From Octopus vulgaris (lineage: Eukaryota), in the NCBI GenBank assembly GCA_951406725.2, contig OX597832.1:24924001-24988000 (forward strand): a stretch of 64,000 nt of DNA, written 5' to 3'. How positions within the stretch are numbered: position 1 is the stretch's first letter; the number at the start of each line of letters is the position of its first letter. Below the pieces are notes generated by a model. That model was not told where the DNA came from and did not search any database. It was given only the letters and a program-made list of their open reading frames with translations. The translations under genes and the position numbers were made by a program. Shown in pieces: positions 26,816 through 42,589 of the stretch.

Positions 26816-27593
26816 CAATGAATGTGAGTAAACTAAAACCACTACATGTGTTTGATATTATTATATTGTCCCTCTATTGTTCTTAGTACTTTTCGAGATA
26901 TTCGGACCACCCCGTCCCGCGGACACCTCGGTGTTAGTCTGCACGTGGCCGCATAACATATTGAAGATTTTAATAGAAACTAACTTGAGTCGAAATCAAT
27001 TGATATGTGGGAGGAGCTAGCAAACAATTAATTTTTTTTATATATATAATGAAGCTCGACAAAAATGAGACATTGTGATGTTCATGTTTTTTTCCACAGA
27101 TACATAATCGGAATTAACAAATTGACACAGTGTCTAACAATCACAGAAACGACCGGAATATGATTTGGTAAATTGATTTCCCAAGAAATCTCTTGTCGGT
27201 CTGATGTCGTTCATCACATTTTAGACTCACAAATTATTGATTACATATTGTTTACTCAGGCAAAAATATCATCATCTGGTTTATGTAAAAAGGAAAACAG
27301 AATTATGCATGATTTTGTGTGGTACTCTAAGGAATAAACTAGAGCTACATGCACGCTAACATTAATCTTATCCCCCACACACACCCGCGCACACACACTC
27401 ACATATTTATTATATGTAGAACATGCTAGACTTCTTTGCTTACATTTGGTCACATCGCGATTCATTTGGTTTCTTCGGTGCCATTTTTCATGAATTATGT
27501 ATTTTTATATCTGTGTCAAAACTTAATGAAAGAGATGTAATTCGGCGCAAAGAGACAAGACCTGATTTCATTGGATGTATTTTAAAATAAATT

Positions 27594-27653
<60 letters not shown>

Positions 27654-27679
27654 ATATCTATCTATAATTCTATCTTTCA

Positions 27680-27735
<56 letters not shown>

Positions 27736-27738
27736 CAG

Positions 27739-28122
27739 ACTAGCTATTTTGACCCGTGCTTCGCTCGGGTTTTGGTGTTGGTGTTGCTTTGTGCGTGTTG
27801 TCTCCTTTTCCCTTTCTTCTTTTGTTCGTCTTCTTTGCTTGGTTCTTTTTATTGCCCTCTTCTTTTTCTTTTTCTTATTAACAAATTTTTTTTCTTCGTC
27901 TTTATCTTCTTTAAAACACCATTTTCCCATATTCCTCACCATGTCAACCAAACGGTAGCCCCGAGCGACTTGCTACCCTCCTCACATCATTACCCACTCC
28001 ATTTTACCCCCAGTGTAAATTTTGGCGCCAATTCAACCCCATCTACCGTTCCCATCCCCAAATGAGACAAATAACCAAGAAATCAAACAACTTTTTCGCA
28101 TTACAGCTTTATAGATATTGAT
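27739..28122 (+). mobile_element. Helitron/Helentron-like non-autonomous element
   Basis: Starts ACTAG..ACCCGTGCTTCGCTCGGGT (subterminal hairpin), ends ..GCTTTATAGATATTGAT, and sits in a TA-rich site. Confidence 0.45.
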
Positions 28123-28341
28123 ATATATACAAATATACGCACATAAACACACATTTACCTACATAAATACGTATGTACACAGGTTTGTGTTAATAGTTTG
28201 TTTGGTTTTGCAGTTGTTGTTGTTGTTATTTAGGACACACAGCTCTACTGTCCGAACACACATATGATCAAAATCAGTCAAATCATGACCAACATGATTT
28301 TTTGTTTCCAGTTTTGAATACCTAGTACTACTTAATTATTT

Positions 28342-28484
28342 GGAGGCGCGTGGCTTAGTGGTTACGGTGTCAGCATCATGATCGTAAGATTGTGGTTTCG
28401 ATTCCTGGACCGGGCGACGCGTTGTATTCTTAAGCAAAACACTCCATTTCATGTTGCTCCATTCCAGCCAGCTGGCAAAAATGA
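28342..28484 (+). mobile_element. SINE-C 5' part (tRNA-derived head)
   Basis: GGAGGCGCGTGGCTTAGTGGTT A box and GGTTTCGATTCC B box. Confidence 0.85.
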
Positions 28485-28689
28485 TCCCGTTCGGCAGTCC
28501 CTTTCGGGACTGCAGAACGGGATAGGTATATGCCTGAGAATTTGCAGTTGTTTCTGGCCAATTCAAAGTTTTAAAGGGTCGCTTATTGGTTAGACTAACA
28601 TTATTTAGACAGCTGAGTAGTGGAATTGAACCAGTGCATGTGATTATAATAATGGCATAATGAATCTTCTTAAATAATAAAAAAAATGC

Positions 28690-28932
28690 GCCCTTTTAAG
28701 CTCTAGCCAGGCTCATGGGCTCGGTTTCCCGGTTTCAATGGCGTATGTGTTCCCAAGCTGGATGGGACGCCAGTCCATCGCAGCGTTACTCATTTTTGCC
28801 AGCTGAGTGGACTGGAGCAACGGGAAATGAAGTGTTTTGCTCAAGAACACAACGCATCGCCCGGTCCAGGAATCGAAACCACAATCTTACGATCATTATG
28901 CCGACACTCTAACCACTAAGCCACGAGCCTCC
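28690..28932 (-). mobile_element. SINE-C near full length, inverted relative to 28342-28484
   Basis: The reverse complement of the same head and body lies at 28790-28932, plus a tail shared with 41440-41525. Confidence 0.85.
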
Positions 28933-28984
28933 AATGACTCTCCTTAGACACAACAAAATAACAGTATTTTATGAACATTTAAGT

Positions 28985-29185
28985 CGGAGAGCTGGCAGAA
29001 TCGTTAGCGCGTTGGACGATAAGCTTAGTGGTATTTCGCCCGCTACTTTGTTCTAAGTTCAAATTCAGCCGAGGTCACCTTTTCCTATCATCCTTTCGGG
29101 GTCGATAAATTGAGTACTAGCGAAACCCTGGGGTTGATATAATCGATTAACCTCAATATTTCAGGCCTTGTGCCTATAATATAAA
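28985..29185 (+). mobile_element. SINE-A-related copy with alternative tail
   Basis: GAGCTGGCAGAATCGTTAGC..TCATCCTTTCGGGGTCGATAAATTGAGTAC. Confidence 0.8.
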
Positions 29186-29435
29186 TTATTTCAACGTTTA
29201 AATGGATGCAATAAATATGCCTTTACATAGCCTTGCTAGGAATTTCAGCCAAATCACTCTCAATTCACAAGCTAATACTCTTCGAATGAACATACATTAA
29301 ACAATGCAGTTCTTGATTCACCTAACAAGACGAGATTGTCACTAATGGAAACCTTTTCGATTAAGACTAAACTGGTTTAAACTTGTCCAGGTGTGGTTTA
29401 TAGATGTCTACCTCAGTATTTCTGTAATACTAATA

Positions 29436-29932
29436 TACTCTTTTACGCTTTTACTTGTTTCAGTCATTTGACTGCGGCCATGCTGGAACTTCGCCTTTAG
29501 TCGTGCAAATCGACCCCAGGACGTATTCTTTGTAAGCCTAGTACTTATTTTATCGGTCTCTTTTGCCGAACCGTTAAGTTACGGGGACGTAAGCACGCCA
29601 GCATCGGTTGTCAAGCGATGTTGGGGGACAAACACAGACACACAAAGACACACACATATATATATACATATACATATATACGACGGGATTCGTTCAGTTT
29701 CCGTATACTAAATCCACTCACAAGTCTTTGGTTGGCTTGAGGCTATAATAGAAGACACTTGTCCAAGGTGCCACACAGTGGGACTAAACCCAGAACCATG
29801 TGGTTGGAAAGCAAGCTTCTTACCACACAGCTATGCCTGCGGACGGGCTTCTTCCAGTTTCCATCTACCAAATCCACTCACAAGGCTTTGATTGGCTTGA
29901 GGCTATAATAGAAGACACTTGCCCAAGGTGCA
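29436..29932 (-). mobile_element. SINE-B with a partial internal duplication (29841-29932)
   Basis: A full copy at 29436-29840 is followed by a repeat of the 29680-29770 segment. Confidence 0.85.
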
Positions 29933-31189
29933 ACAAAATTTTTGTTTAGAGTTCAAAATCAATGAGCCTGCATAGAAGAGACCCGTATCTTCTTTAGTTC
30001 ATTGAGACAGAATAAATAAAGAACAAACCCGACGTCTATGAAGTAACAGCCGTTAACTATGTTTCAAACAGATGCTGTGAAACTATATCAATGAGCTGGT
30101 GGCATTTGTGTGAAACATCAAGAAATTTTCATACAAGAAATGAATTGTTAGCATCACCAAACATTTTAGCGTGTCTTTTAGTATGTCAAGTGACTCTAGG
30201 ATAAGGATAAGGAACAAAGCTCCTTATCTAACAGGGTCGATTTTCCGGTTTCCGGGTTTCTGTGAAGCATATATAATTCCAATCTCTGCGCCAGGTTTTT
30301 TAAGGAAAACGCAATTTTGCCAGCTTAGTGACTGGAATAACGTGAAATGAAGTCTTTTGTTCGAGAAAGCAAATCATCTCCAGGCTCAGGAATCGAAACC
30401 AAAATCTTACAGTCATGAGTGGAAAACCTTAACCACTGATCTACATGACTCCTCTCAATGTAATTGCTACAAGGGTGTTATTTTCTTATTTTGGCAGAAA
30501 AAAAAAAGAATGCTGTTTCAGTTTTATACGAGTTCGGTAAATTCTTTAACACAACTACTAATTGCAAACCACCCGATAGGAATGAAAAGAAAACGTTAAC
30601 ACTACACATACCTTATAGCGTAAATGACCAGATACACGTTCAATATTACCTCTAACAACTTTATAAACAATACAAAACAACAAGAACAAGAACAACAACA
30701 ACAACGAAGGCTAAGTAAACACCTGTCAACTGTCATAAAGATTTACGTACAAAAGTTGATTCGTTCTTCTCTCAAAACTTTGTTATAAATTACTATTAAC
30801 ATACATAGAAACGGAAAGTTCAACAATAATTATTATCTCCAATTTCCTGTTATATTCGCGCAGACAAAACGAAAGATAAATGTTATTTTTTTTATTATCA
30901 GCAAAATATATTATAAAAACAGATAATTTGAATTCTAAACTGATATGATTGCTGTTTGTTTGTTATTGTGTTGGTGTCATAGTGTGTTGCATTTAACAAT
31001 GTTTTGAGAGTAAAAGTTCTTGAAGACCTTTTACGTGGAATTTGGCTTTATTAAATTACTGCTTCAAAAGATCTTAAGCTGTTATTCGCTTACGCATTAT
31101 ATGTGTGTGCGTGTGCATACATATACATATACACATACATACATTTATATATATATGTGTGTTTGTGTGTGTGTGTGTGTGCATATATA

Positions 31190-31237
<48 letters not shown>

Positions 31238-31282
31238 TATTTAAGTATCTAGAAATAAATATGTGTGGGTGTGTAAATATGA

Positions 31283-31367
<85 letters not shown>

Positions 31368-31505
31368 GATATATGCATATTTAAATATCTAGAAATAAAT
31401 ATGTGTGGGTGTGTATACACAAGATCTGATATATATGTATATATATATATATATATATATGTATATGTATATATATACAATATATATGTATATATATGAG
31501 GTCTG

Positions 31506-31546
<41 letters not shown>

Positions 31547-31661
31547 TACATTTATGAGTGTCTCTGTGTATGTATTTATATATGTTGTGTGTGTGTATGG
31601 GTGGAGGCAAAAGATGTATGTAAAATGACGAAGACTATGAGGTGGCGTGTATTGAAGCACA

Positions 31662-31889
31662 TTTTTTCTTCTTTACTACCCACAAGGGGCTAAACATAGA
31701 GGGGACAGACAAAGGGATTAATTCGATTACATCGACCCCAGTGCGTAACTGGAACTTAATTTATCGACCCCGAAAGGGAGAAAGGCAAAGTCGACCTCGG
31801 CGGAATTTGAACTCGGAACGTAATGACAGACGAAATACGGCCACGTATTACGCCCGGCGTGCTAATGTTTCTGCCAGCTTGCCGCCTTC
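31662..31889 (-). mobile_element. SINE-A full length
   Basis: Head, Meta-like domain and tail are present. Confidence 0.9.
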
Positions 31890-32681
31890 AAACACATTTA
31901 CACAAATAAAACAAGTGGTGCAGAAGGTGTAGCAACAAATAACGAAACATTACCAATTGAAGACCATGCACAAAGAATATAATTGCTTACAAGAAAGATG
32001 ACTACGCTGTTTAAAAAAAACGAATATCAATTAAAGAGCTTCTTTCATGACAAAAATTTACTGAAAAATGCTGAGGCAAGGGATAGAACAAAGAGCGTAC
32101 ATCAGAAGAGTGTCGGTGACGGGTATGGATGAAAAGATCTGAAAAGCTTACAACAAACCGATCAAATGATATTTAGTTAGCTCCCTTTACGTGATAAGTT
32201 CACATCCCCTCGGGGTCAACAATGTCTTTTAATTTTCTGGTCTGGATGAACTAGAAATGAAATATTTGGTTTGATAGATTAATCAATAGTTGCGTTTGGT
32301 CTTTACCTCCATAGACTTAGAAATTATTTAGGACAGAATTCTCATGTCAAAATCAATAAAAGATTTTGTTGGAATTTGGTAAGTGGTATAAGTTTCATGG
32401 AAGTATCCAAGTACTGCCGTCTTCATAACAACTTTGGAGTGCATTTTTCAGCACTCAACATAGGAACTTATAGCAGTCTAGCAAAATCGATACATACGTG
32501 AGTACATATGTGTGTGTGTATGTGTGTGCCCGTTCGAGAATGTGTGCCTGAGTGTATATATGCACGTATGTATGTATTTATGTATGTATGTAAGTATGTA
32601 TGGACGCGGCATATAATCACGTAATCCTACACTCGCATACGCACATGTATATATATCTACCACTGAGTTGCAACAGTGTAG

Positions 32682-32738
<57 letters not shown>

Positions 32739-32981
32739 TACATTTATATGTATATATATGTATATGTATATATATATGTATATATCTGTACATATATATG
32801 TATGTATATATATGTATACTTATATAAATATGTGTATATATATGTGTGTATATATATATATATGTATGTGTATATATATATGTATAAATATATGTATGTA
32901 TATATATATATATATGCATATGTATGTATATGTATGTATATATATATATGTATATATGTATACTGATGTATATATACATTA

Positions 32982-33074
<93 letters not shown>

Positions 33075-33272
33075 CATCATTATTATTATTATTATCATCA
33101 ATATTGAAAGAAGTGACACAGGGAAAGATGGACGTACGTATAATCTATTTATATGATTTAAAGATGCTGAAATTTTTTAAATGCATAACAATAAAAGTAT
33201 ATTATAAATTGTAAAGCTCAAAAAGAAAATATGATATGCGAAAAAAAACTCCATATACGTTTCTGTTGTAAC

Positions 33273-33519
33273 CTCTAAGCATTTCGTTATATGCTAAGAA
33301 AGGTATCATTTCAAACTATATAGGGCATAACTTCTTCAGGGTTATTATGAGTTTGTAGAACTAATGTTAATATGTTTCCTTGACATATTAATATTCTGTA
33401 TGCATCCTTCAAGGGAAAATGTTGACCATAGTTCTATAATCTCATAATGATCTTAAAGAAGTAATGCTCCATATAGTTAAAAATGTTACCTTTCTTAGCA
33501 TATAACGAAATGCTTAGAG
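33273..33519. mobile_element. MITE-like element with perfect 33-bp terminal inverted repeats
   Basis: CTCTAAGCATTTCGTTATATGCTAAGAAAGGTA (33273-33305) has its exact reverse complement at 33487-33519. Confidence 0.7.
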
Positions 33520-33735
33520 TTGCATATTAACTAGGTGTTGGAACTGAAACTGAAACATATATGTAGATTTTGGGCATATTAATTTCGTTTAATTTTTGTA
33601 ATTGAAATAATTGGGTATTGAAACGGCTGTAGGACAGGAATTTCATTATATGCATTTGAATATCTTTGAATAAAATGACGTATGTTAGTCAATTTCTCCA
33701 TTTTTTCCTTTCACATTCAAGCAAACACACACACA

Positions 33736-33789
<54 letters not shown>

Positions 33790-34854
33790 CACACACAGTT
33801 GTATGTATCCAAATCCGTAGCAATGACTTCACTGAATATTGGTTATCTCTCTCTCTCTCTCTCTCTCTTTATATATATATCATTACAAATTTGGGATTTT
33901 ACCAATAGAACCGTAACTCCTATTTCAGGACAACCTTATTATCTGGAATACACATAGATAGTTATATCCTATATAATAATAAAATAATATAAGCATTTTA
34001 AAACCTACTATAAAGTACAATCTAATTATTTAAAAAACATTAAAAAATATTTGAAAAAAAAAATATATATATATACATATATATCTTTCCTGTTATTCGA
34101 CAGATCTAAGTAAACACATATCGGAATTGAAATCTGAGAAAATAGAATACACTCTTAACTAGAATATCATTTGTAGAGCGAAGTCATATAGAACAGGTAA
34201 TAAAATATGCTTATTATGCACAACTGAATTTATGAAAATAATCCAGTCGAGAGAGGTATTACTGAACTGAATTGAAGACAGAAGAAGAAAAAGCCGACAT
34301 AATAACTTTACGTATAATAAAATGAAAAATATATAAAATTATAACCACTCCCAGTATGTAAACAATTATGGGGAAGATAGTTAAATGTAGTTATAATAGA
34401 ATTATATAATAGTATTAGATACAGATATACCAAGATCTAAGAACATATTTAAAGGATATTACCTTAAAAAAAATAGACAGGCCACATTTAATATAATATA
34501 TATCTCTAAATCTAGAAAAAAATCCAGTTATAGCAAGATTGCAGAGTATCTTGTTCTTATCACCCCTTGAATTCAAACTCTCTAATATTATTAATCTTAG
34601 AACATTTTTCAGATTAGTTTAGGGACGTTTATAGTTTTCCCTTCTGGTGAAACATTGCAAACTGGTGTCTGTATTAATTTTCTATATAAAAATACATAAG
34701 GCATGAATACATACAGATCTGAGTAATTTTGTTTTTGTTCTTTCATTATTGTTTTAAATGTTTTTTTCTTACAGAGAGCAACTAATTGGCCCCGGTGTCG
34801 CAGAGAGAGCATTTCACTTATACCGGTTGCCTGTAAAGATACATACATACATAC

Positions 34855-34891
<37 letters not shown>

Positions 34892-34951
34892 CTTACTTGG
34901 AGAAGAGAATCTTGAATATATATATATATATATATACACATATATATACAC

Positions 34952-35043
<92 letters not shown>

Positions 35044-35415
35044 ATAAATAAATATACATATATATATAGTGTACGTATGTATGCATATATATATACATTC
35101 ACGATATACGCACGCATAATACACACAACAATATTCCGTCATCGTTTCTAACTAATCAACGTTTCTGTCAATCTGTCAATCGCTCTCTCCCCTCACCCCA
35201 CTCTATCCCTCTCTCTCTCTCTCACTTAATCTTCCTCTAACTGTTTCTATTACTCTTTTAGGCTTCCTTTTTTCCCGAGGGATAACTAACGTCCACAAGA
35301 TTCAAGAACTTTATCTATTGAAACGCTAAGTTAACACAATATTTGTTAAACCTAGCACTGATATTGTCTATACTACCATTTGCATATAATATAGTATTTG
35401 AACCGCCTGAACCGT

Positions 35416-35484
<69 letters not shown>

Positions 35485-36116
35485 ATGTTTGTGTGTGTGT
35501 TATGTGTGTGTCTGTATGTATTTATGTATGTACATGTATATATGTATGTACAGCTATACAATCACATCAACGACTGTGTATTACAATGCATGTATAAAAG
35601 TCCTTCTTGGCCATTTTCAAAACACTTATTTTACAACTGTAATACTTTAGCGAACTTCTTTTTCTATTTCAAAACAAGACTGAAAGAAATTTCCAATTCT
35701 TAACAGATATTTTAAATGCCATTATTTTATATATTTTTACGAGTACCTAATAAGGTATCATTGGATAAACTTTCAATAAAGATACATAATATCAAGTGAA
35801 TGTTGCATTTGATATCATGCAATAAGCCTTTCATGCCAATAATATAACACTATAATAATAGAAGAATATAACAATATATAGTTATATTGGATATTGAATA
35901 GTGAATGGTGGTGTCTCAGTAATGATATTCAATGACGATATTGATCACTATGTACTCAGGTACACACGTATACATTTGCACACAAAGAGACGGGCACATG
36001 CATGCAAACACACACGGAAACAGATATACACATACCCGTGCGAGCTCACACACACAAACACACATTTATATGTATAAATGTAAAAGTCGCACACACACAT
36101 ATATTTATCAATCTCA

Positions 36117-36196
<80 letters not shown>

Positions 36197-36370
36197 TACA
36201 TATAAAGATAAATATATGTATGTATGTATATACGTCTTACATATATATATACATACATATATCTGTGTATGTGTCTCTCCTTATCTCCCTTTCTCTCTCT
36301 TTTCCTCTACCTCTCTCACTCTTTCTATATCTGTCTCTGTCTCTGTCTGTCTGTCTGACTCTCTCTCTCT

Positions 36371-36408
<38 letters not shown>

Positions 36409-36687
36409 GTATACATGCTGTTATATATATATTTGTATATGTATAAGTATCGTTTGCATGTATATGTGTATGTATATAGATAGATTATGTATTAAGACTA
36501 AAGAAAGAACCTATATTGTATATTTCTCGGTAGTCTTTTCAGTAAAAAGCACGAAATAGTTATCGTCGATGCCTCGTATCTACTAAAATCCTGAATAACC
36601 TGACAACATAGAGTAGTAAAACGCCCCTAAATGAAGTATTAATAAACCTCTGCGCACACATATGAACACGCAGACAGCTTTATGCAA

Positions 36688-36746
<59 letters not shown>

Positions 36747-37100
36747 CACACACACACATATATATATGTATGCGTGGTGTTTGTATGTGCATACATAAGT
36801 ATGTGTATGTATGTATGCACATATATATATGCATGTATCTATATATATGTATATTTCTATTAATGTATGTATAAATATCTAGATCTATACATGTATATAT
36901 GTGTGTGCATACTTATGCATGTATGTAAAATTATATATACATACATACATGCACACACATTTATATGTATATTTATGTGTGTATATATATATGTATATAT
37001 ATGTATATATATATATCGATCGATCTTCCTATCACCGAGTATCGTTGTACCTGCCTCCATTTGTCGCTCTCGGAACTCATGCATACATACATCAAATATT

Positions 37101-37256
<156 letters not shown>

Positions 37257-38184
37257 GATGTACATACGTATACATGCATATATATTATTCCTTTTATATA
37301 TAATTATATACTATTGACGCTGAATAAATGCGCATGTGGTAACAAATGAAACATGCTTCGTGTTCAGACATCTACAATCTTAAAAAAGAAAATACGTAAC
37401 AAACATATGTGAACAAAACACACACAGACACATTGACAGATTCGTATACTCATACCGAAAGTCTTTCAACCATACATACAATTAAACATTTCTGACGTCA
37501 GGTAAAAAGAAAAATCCATCATTTATTACTGTCCTCTCAGGTGATCAATGAAGCCATTGGTTTGTGTATAGATCATAAATATATCCATGTCTGTATTGAA
37601 AACACTAAATATACATTGATTAACGTGGCCGTGTATTATTAATGAAATGATCGTCAATGCGAAATGAAATATATTTTATTTTTGTTCGCAGCCTCTGGAT
37701 ATATTTGACAGCGTGGCAGATGTTATTTTATGATTTAGACAGAGGCGGAAGGAATATTGCTGTGAATATGTTCAATGCTTATAATAGAGTTGGGAGGAAC
37801 GGAGGAAGTGGTCTTTAGAAAGGTCACGTGGCGCGTGACAATAAAAGGTACCCCGCCAACGGCGAAACGTACCGAGGGTTCGTTTGGTTGTATCAAGAAA
37901 AAAAAGTATTGTATTACAATTGGACGTAACTTTCTTCATATAAGAATCTCTTTTTTGATCCAAAATCGTTTTTGTTAATACTCTCGCACTCTCGTAACAT
38001 TAATAAACAATTTGTCACCAGCTGCCTAGATTGGAGAGACGTGATATAAAGGCCGTGCTCAAGGACAAAATGGGTTCCCTTCGTTGAACCAGGAATCGAA
38101 CTCTGCACCGAGTAATCTAGAAACTATTTTCCTCTTCCGTGTGACACTAGCCTTCCCTTCGGTGATATTCCACTATGCACCAAA

Positions 38185-38420
38185 GAAGGCGGCAAGCTGG
38201 CAGAATCGTTAGCACGCCGGGCGAAATGCTTAGCGGTATTTCGTCTACCGCTACGTTCTGAGTTCAAATTCCGCCGAGGTCGACTTTGCTTTTCACCCTT
38301 TCGGGGTCGATTAAATAAGTACCAGTTACGCACTGGGGTCGATGTAATCGATTTAGTCCCTTTGTCTGTCCTTGTTTGTCCCCTCTATGTTTAGCCCCTT
38401 GTGGGCAATAAAGAATTAGA
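38185..38420 (+). mobile_element. SINE-A full length with 13-bp TSD
   Basis: TSD ACTATGCACCAAA at 38172-38184 and 38427-38439. Confidence 0.9.
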
Positions 38421-38877
38421 TTTTAAACTATGCACCAAATTGTGTCTATGTCATCCAAGCAGGGACTTAACTTGTCACGGTGTTCCACACAACTTCCGTT
38501 TGCCGAGTTCCACGCACATAATCCACTCTGCACATTGGGTAGCATACATTAGAGTAAATGTTGTCACTAGGAGATTTAACATGAATTCATGATCCTATGA
38601 AAAGAAAATTTATATGGCCCCATGACATGTATCTAGGTTAGTAAACATATGGTTCTGGGTTCAGTCCCACCGCGTCGTACCTAGAGCAAGTATCTTCCAC
38701 TATAGACTCAGGCCAACCAAAACCCTCTGAGTGGATTTGGTAGACGGAACTGAAAGTAGCTCGCTGTATATATATATATTTATAAATAAATTTCAAATAA
38801 TAAGTAATTGGTAGAAATGTATACATGTTGAATCTCATGCGGACGTTTCGTGTAAAGCATTTTATATTTGCAAAGAC

Positions 38878-38938
38878 GATCACACTGATGAGCTACGGAC
38901 AATTACGTAAGTGGTAATAGCGAAACTAGTTTGTGATT
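38878..38938 (+). ncRNA. Minimal type-I hammerhead ribozyme motif
   Basis: GAUCACA-CUGAUGA-GCUA(22 nt)UAGC-GAAA-CUAG-UU-UGUGAUU. It has a canonical core, 4-bp stem II, palindromic helix III, 7-bp stem I and a GUU site. Confidence 0.8.
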
Positions 38939-39082
38939 AATCTATTTTGTTTCTTTTCATTTGTCTTGCTCGCTTACGTTCTGGCGTTTGCTAAATTTTC
39001 CTGAGAACATCCCTTTCTTATTTGTAAGGCCATAGCGGATCTTCTAGCATAATGGATGTCCATTTACAGGTCATCCCACTCA

Positions 39083-39231
<149 letters not shown>

Positions 39232-40809
39232 TTGCGTGTCTGTGTGTTTGTGTGTGTCTGTGTCTGTGCGTGTGTTTGTGTGTGTGCGTGCTTGTCTATG
39301 TTCAACCTCCACAATTGCTTGACAACCGGTGTTGGTGTGTTTATTTTCCCGTAAAATATCCGTTGGTAATATATTAATTATAGTAAGTTCTAGGCTGTGC
39401 TCCAGCATGGCCGCAGTCTAAAAGATAAAAGATAAAGATACCCGTTAATAAATACCTGTTATAGATACCTGTTCCTTAATAAATGCTTTATGCATTCAAC
39501 AAATGTACAACACTAGATTATCCACACATCATCAATAATCCAGTAGAGCTGGACTTATATATCGAGATAATCTGTTAATCCTCCAAAATTGCTAGGATCA
39601 AGTGTTCTATATCCATGCGATAGAGCCAACAGATTCAAGTTATGTAAGAAAAAATTGAAAATAAAATAGAAAGAATGCAACATCAATGGCTAAAATTGGT
39701 TCAAGATTCTATTGTTTCTAGAAATTCCTTAATTCTTTAAATTAGATTCTTTGTTTTGAGTTTTCTTTCTGCTTTTGACAAAACTCCATTTAAGAAAGAG
39801 AAATAAAATGGAAAAGATGAAAATACGACAAAAATTCAGTGTAAAATTCCAAATTGAAGTTAATATCAGAAGCTTAAAAGGAATATGAAGAACTAAAACT
39901 GTCAGTGTTTTCCTAGCAAATCGTAAACATGTTTGGTAGTTTGGAAACTGACGGAATGAAAAATATGTAAGTCTTGTCAAAATGTGTCACGTATTTCGCT
40001 GCTGGCTTAAGAAATCTCTAATTTAACATTTAGGTTCATTCGGAAAATACGATTTTGTATTTATTTAATTACTTTTCACTAAAATTTCGAAAGAAATATG
40101 TTTATTATATTTTTAGATTTTATTTATAAATTTCCCATTTAACAAAAAAAAAAAAAATTCCTTTTCCTTTTTCGAGTAGAGAACATATATATATACGCTC
40201 GCATGTGCGAAGGACACAAACGTATACTTCCAACAAAACCACCCGTAAACGTACCTACACAAATAAACACACGCAATATATATATACACATACCTATACA
40301 TACGTACACAAGCACATATCCATATATACGTACATATATACATATATATATATATACATATGTATATATGTGTGTGTATATATATGTGTGCGTGTACATA
40401 TAGATACATACCTTCACACACAAGTATATATGTATATATATATATAAATAAATATATATATATATAAACTCATACACAGATACGGAGGAAAAGAGAGAGA
40501 TAGGAAATCATTTATAGACGCCTATATTGTCTTTCTTCAGTTTTCTTAACCTTTTGGTTCTACTTCGGTTAATAGACTGTAAGCTGTTTACAGTGAAAAA
40601 TCCAATTGTATGGATTAGAAAGTCGTAGAGAGATTATTGCTTGTTCTACGCCGTAGGCGGCTTTATTGTAAATAAGTTTCGCGAAAAGGAGAAACTGTCA
40701 GGGTTTCGATTTCTGCCAGCCATTCGTTTATTTTGCTAAAGCGCTTGGGTATGCGAAATGATCAGATCAGTAAAAATTCTAATACCGCGGGGCATAACTG
40801 ATTCGTGTC

Positions 40810-41050
40810 TTACGATTCAGAGGAACGGTTACACGGTTTCAGTGGCGTATAAGTGACGAAGATCACAACACTGTCCTTGAACCTGACGCCCGTCCGACCT
40901 AGGGTTCTGAATTTACAGCCAAGTGGATTAGAACATGAAATGAAAAGTGGCTTGCTTAAGAACAGAATGCACCGCCCGATTTGGGAACTGAACCCACGAT
41001 CTTGCGACCTCGTGTGCAACACCCTGGCCACTAACCCATGCGTCATCACA
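40810..41050 (-). mobile_element. Degenerate SINE-C
   Basis: The head 'gatgacgcatgggttagtggccagggtg' and a tail similar to 28690-28932 are present. Confidence 0.65.
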
Positions 41051-41222
41051 TCAGTCGTATCAATAAATGTGGGAGGTCTGAGTGCCTAGAAGGGCGAAAG
41101 AATTATTTTTCTCATACCATAATTACGATTGTCATGCCATATCAAGCGACAGGCCCTCTACGCATTCTTTGATGGAATCGTAGTAATGTAAAGTTAATAT
41201 GCACCGTGTATTACGTATTTTG

Positions 41223-41363
41223 TGGAGGCGCAATGGCCTAGTGGTTAGGGCAGCGGACTCGCGATCGGAGAATCGCGGTTTCGATTCCCAGACCGGGCGT
41301 TGTGTGTGTTTATTGAGCGAAAAACACCTAAAAGCTCCACGAGGCTCCGGCAGGAACGGTGGC

Positions 41364-41426
<63 letters not shown>

Positions 41427-41682
41427 TGTTCCTTCTCGAGCCATGCCTGGCTCATAAGAGCCGGTTTCGCGGTTTCCTTGGCGTATAGGTTCCCCACCTG
41501 GACGGGACGCCGATCCGTCGCAGGGGCGCTGCAAGACGCAGGAGGAAAGAGTGAGAGAAAGTTGTGGCGAAAGAGTCAGCAGAGGTTCGTCATTACCTTC
41601 TGCCGGACCCGATCTAAGATTCGAACCCGCGATCCCTCGACCGCGAGTCCGCTACTCTAGCCACTAGGCCATGAGCTTCCAC
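41223..41682. mobile_element. Two convergent tRNA-derived SINEs (41223-41363 plus; 41425-41682 minus) separated by (TA)n
   Basis: Heads GGAGGCGCAATGGCCTAGTGGTTAGG (plus) and GGAAGCTCATGGCCTAGTGGCTAGAG (minus), both with B boxes. Confidence 0.8.
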
Positions 41683-41712
41683 ATATATATATATCAAAGT
41701 GAAGTTGTAATG

Positions 41713-41763
<51 letters not shown>

Positions 41764-41891
41764 GACTTGACCGACACGCTACAGTATACCAACAACGTAC
41801 ATTTTAACGTACTTTGAACCAATCCCTATGCGCTGAATACTAATAGGGTTAGTTTTCTCTGTGTACTCAAATGGAATATGCTATTTCGTAT

Positions 41892-41951
<60 letters not shown>

Positions 41952-42034
41952 GATATATACATATATATTATAGCTATGTAATACCCTCTACATCATACAG
42001 AGATATACACACATATCTATCTATTTATCTCTCT

Positions 42035-42084
<50 letters not shown>

Positions 42085-42288
42085 TTGTAGGTATGTGTGT
42101 GTATCTGTCTGTGTGTCTGTGTAAAATAGCTTGACAGGGAAATAGATCAATCGATTGTTATGGGGACGGATATAGTTATAGATTTAACCCCGAGTACTGA
42201 TTCAGTATTTAAACTAATATCATTTAATCATCTGAAGTACTCGACAAGAAGGTTATCTATTGACAGAATTTAAATCAATTCCTTTATA

Positions 42289-42342
<54 letters not shown>

Positions 42343-42546
42343 CACTTATACATACATACACACTCACATCCCCCCCGTACGCACACGCACACATACAAAC
42401 ATACACAGACACACACATATCTATGTATATAGCTATTTATTATTTTGTTCGTTGACTCGCGTTCAAATCACTTCAACGCCGATCGATATTTCAGCTTGAC
42501 AATTTCGATGAATACTGCAAATACCGATATATATATGCAAATACCG

Positions 42547-42589
<43 letters not shown>

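Noticed and set aside
28342-28415. tRNA-like sequences at SINE heads (also 41223, 15622)
   Set aside because: A and B boxes are present, but there is no complete cloverleaf or acceptor stem, and the sequences continue into SINE bodies.
33890-34720. Possible very old Penelope RT relic
   Set aside because: Only vague motif echoes in AT-rich sequence, which cannot be supported without a profile search.
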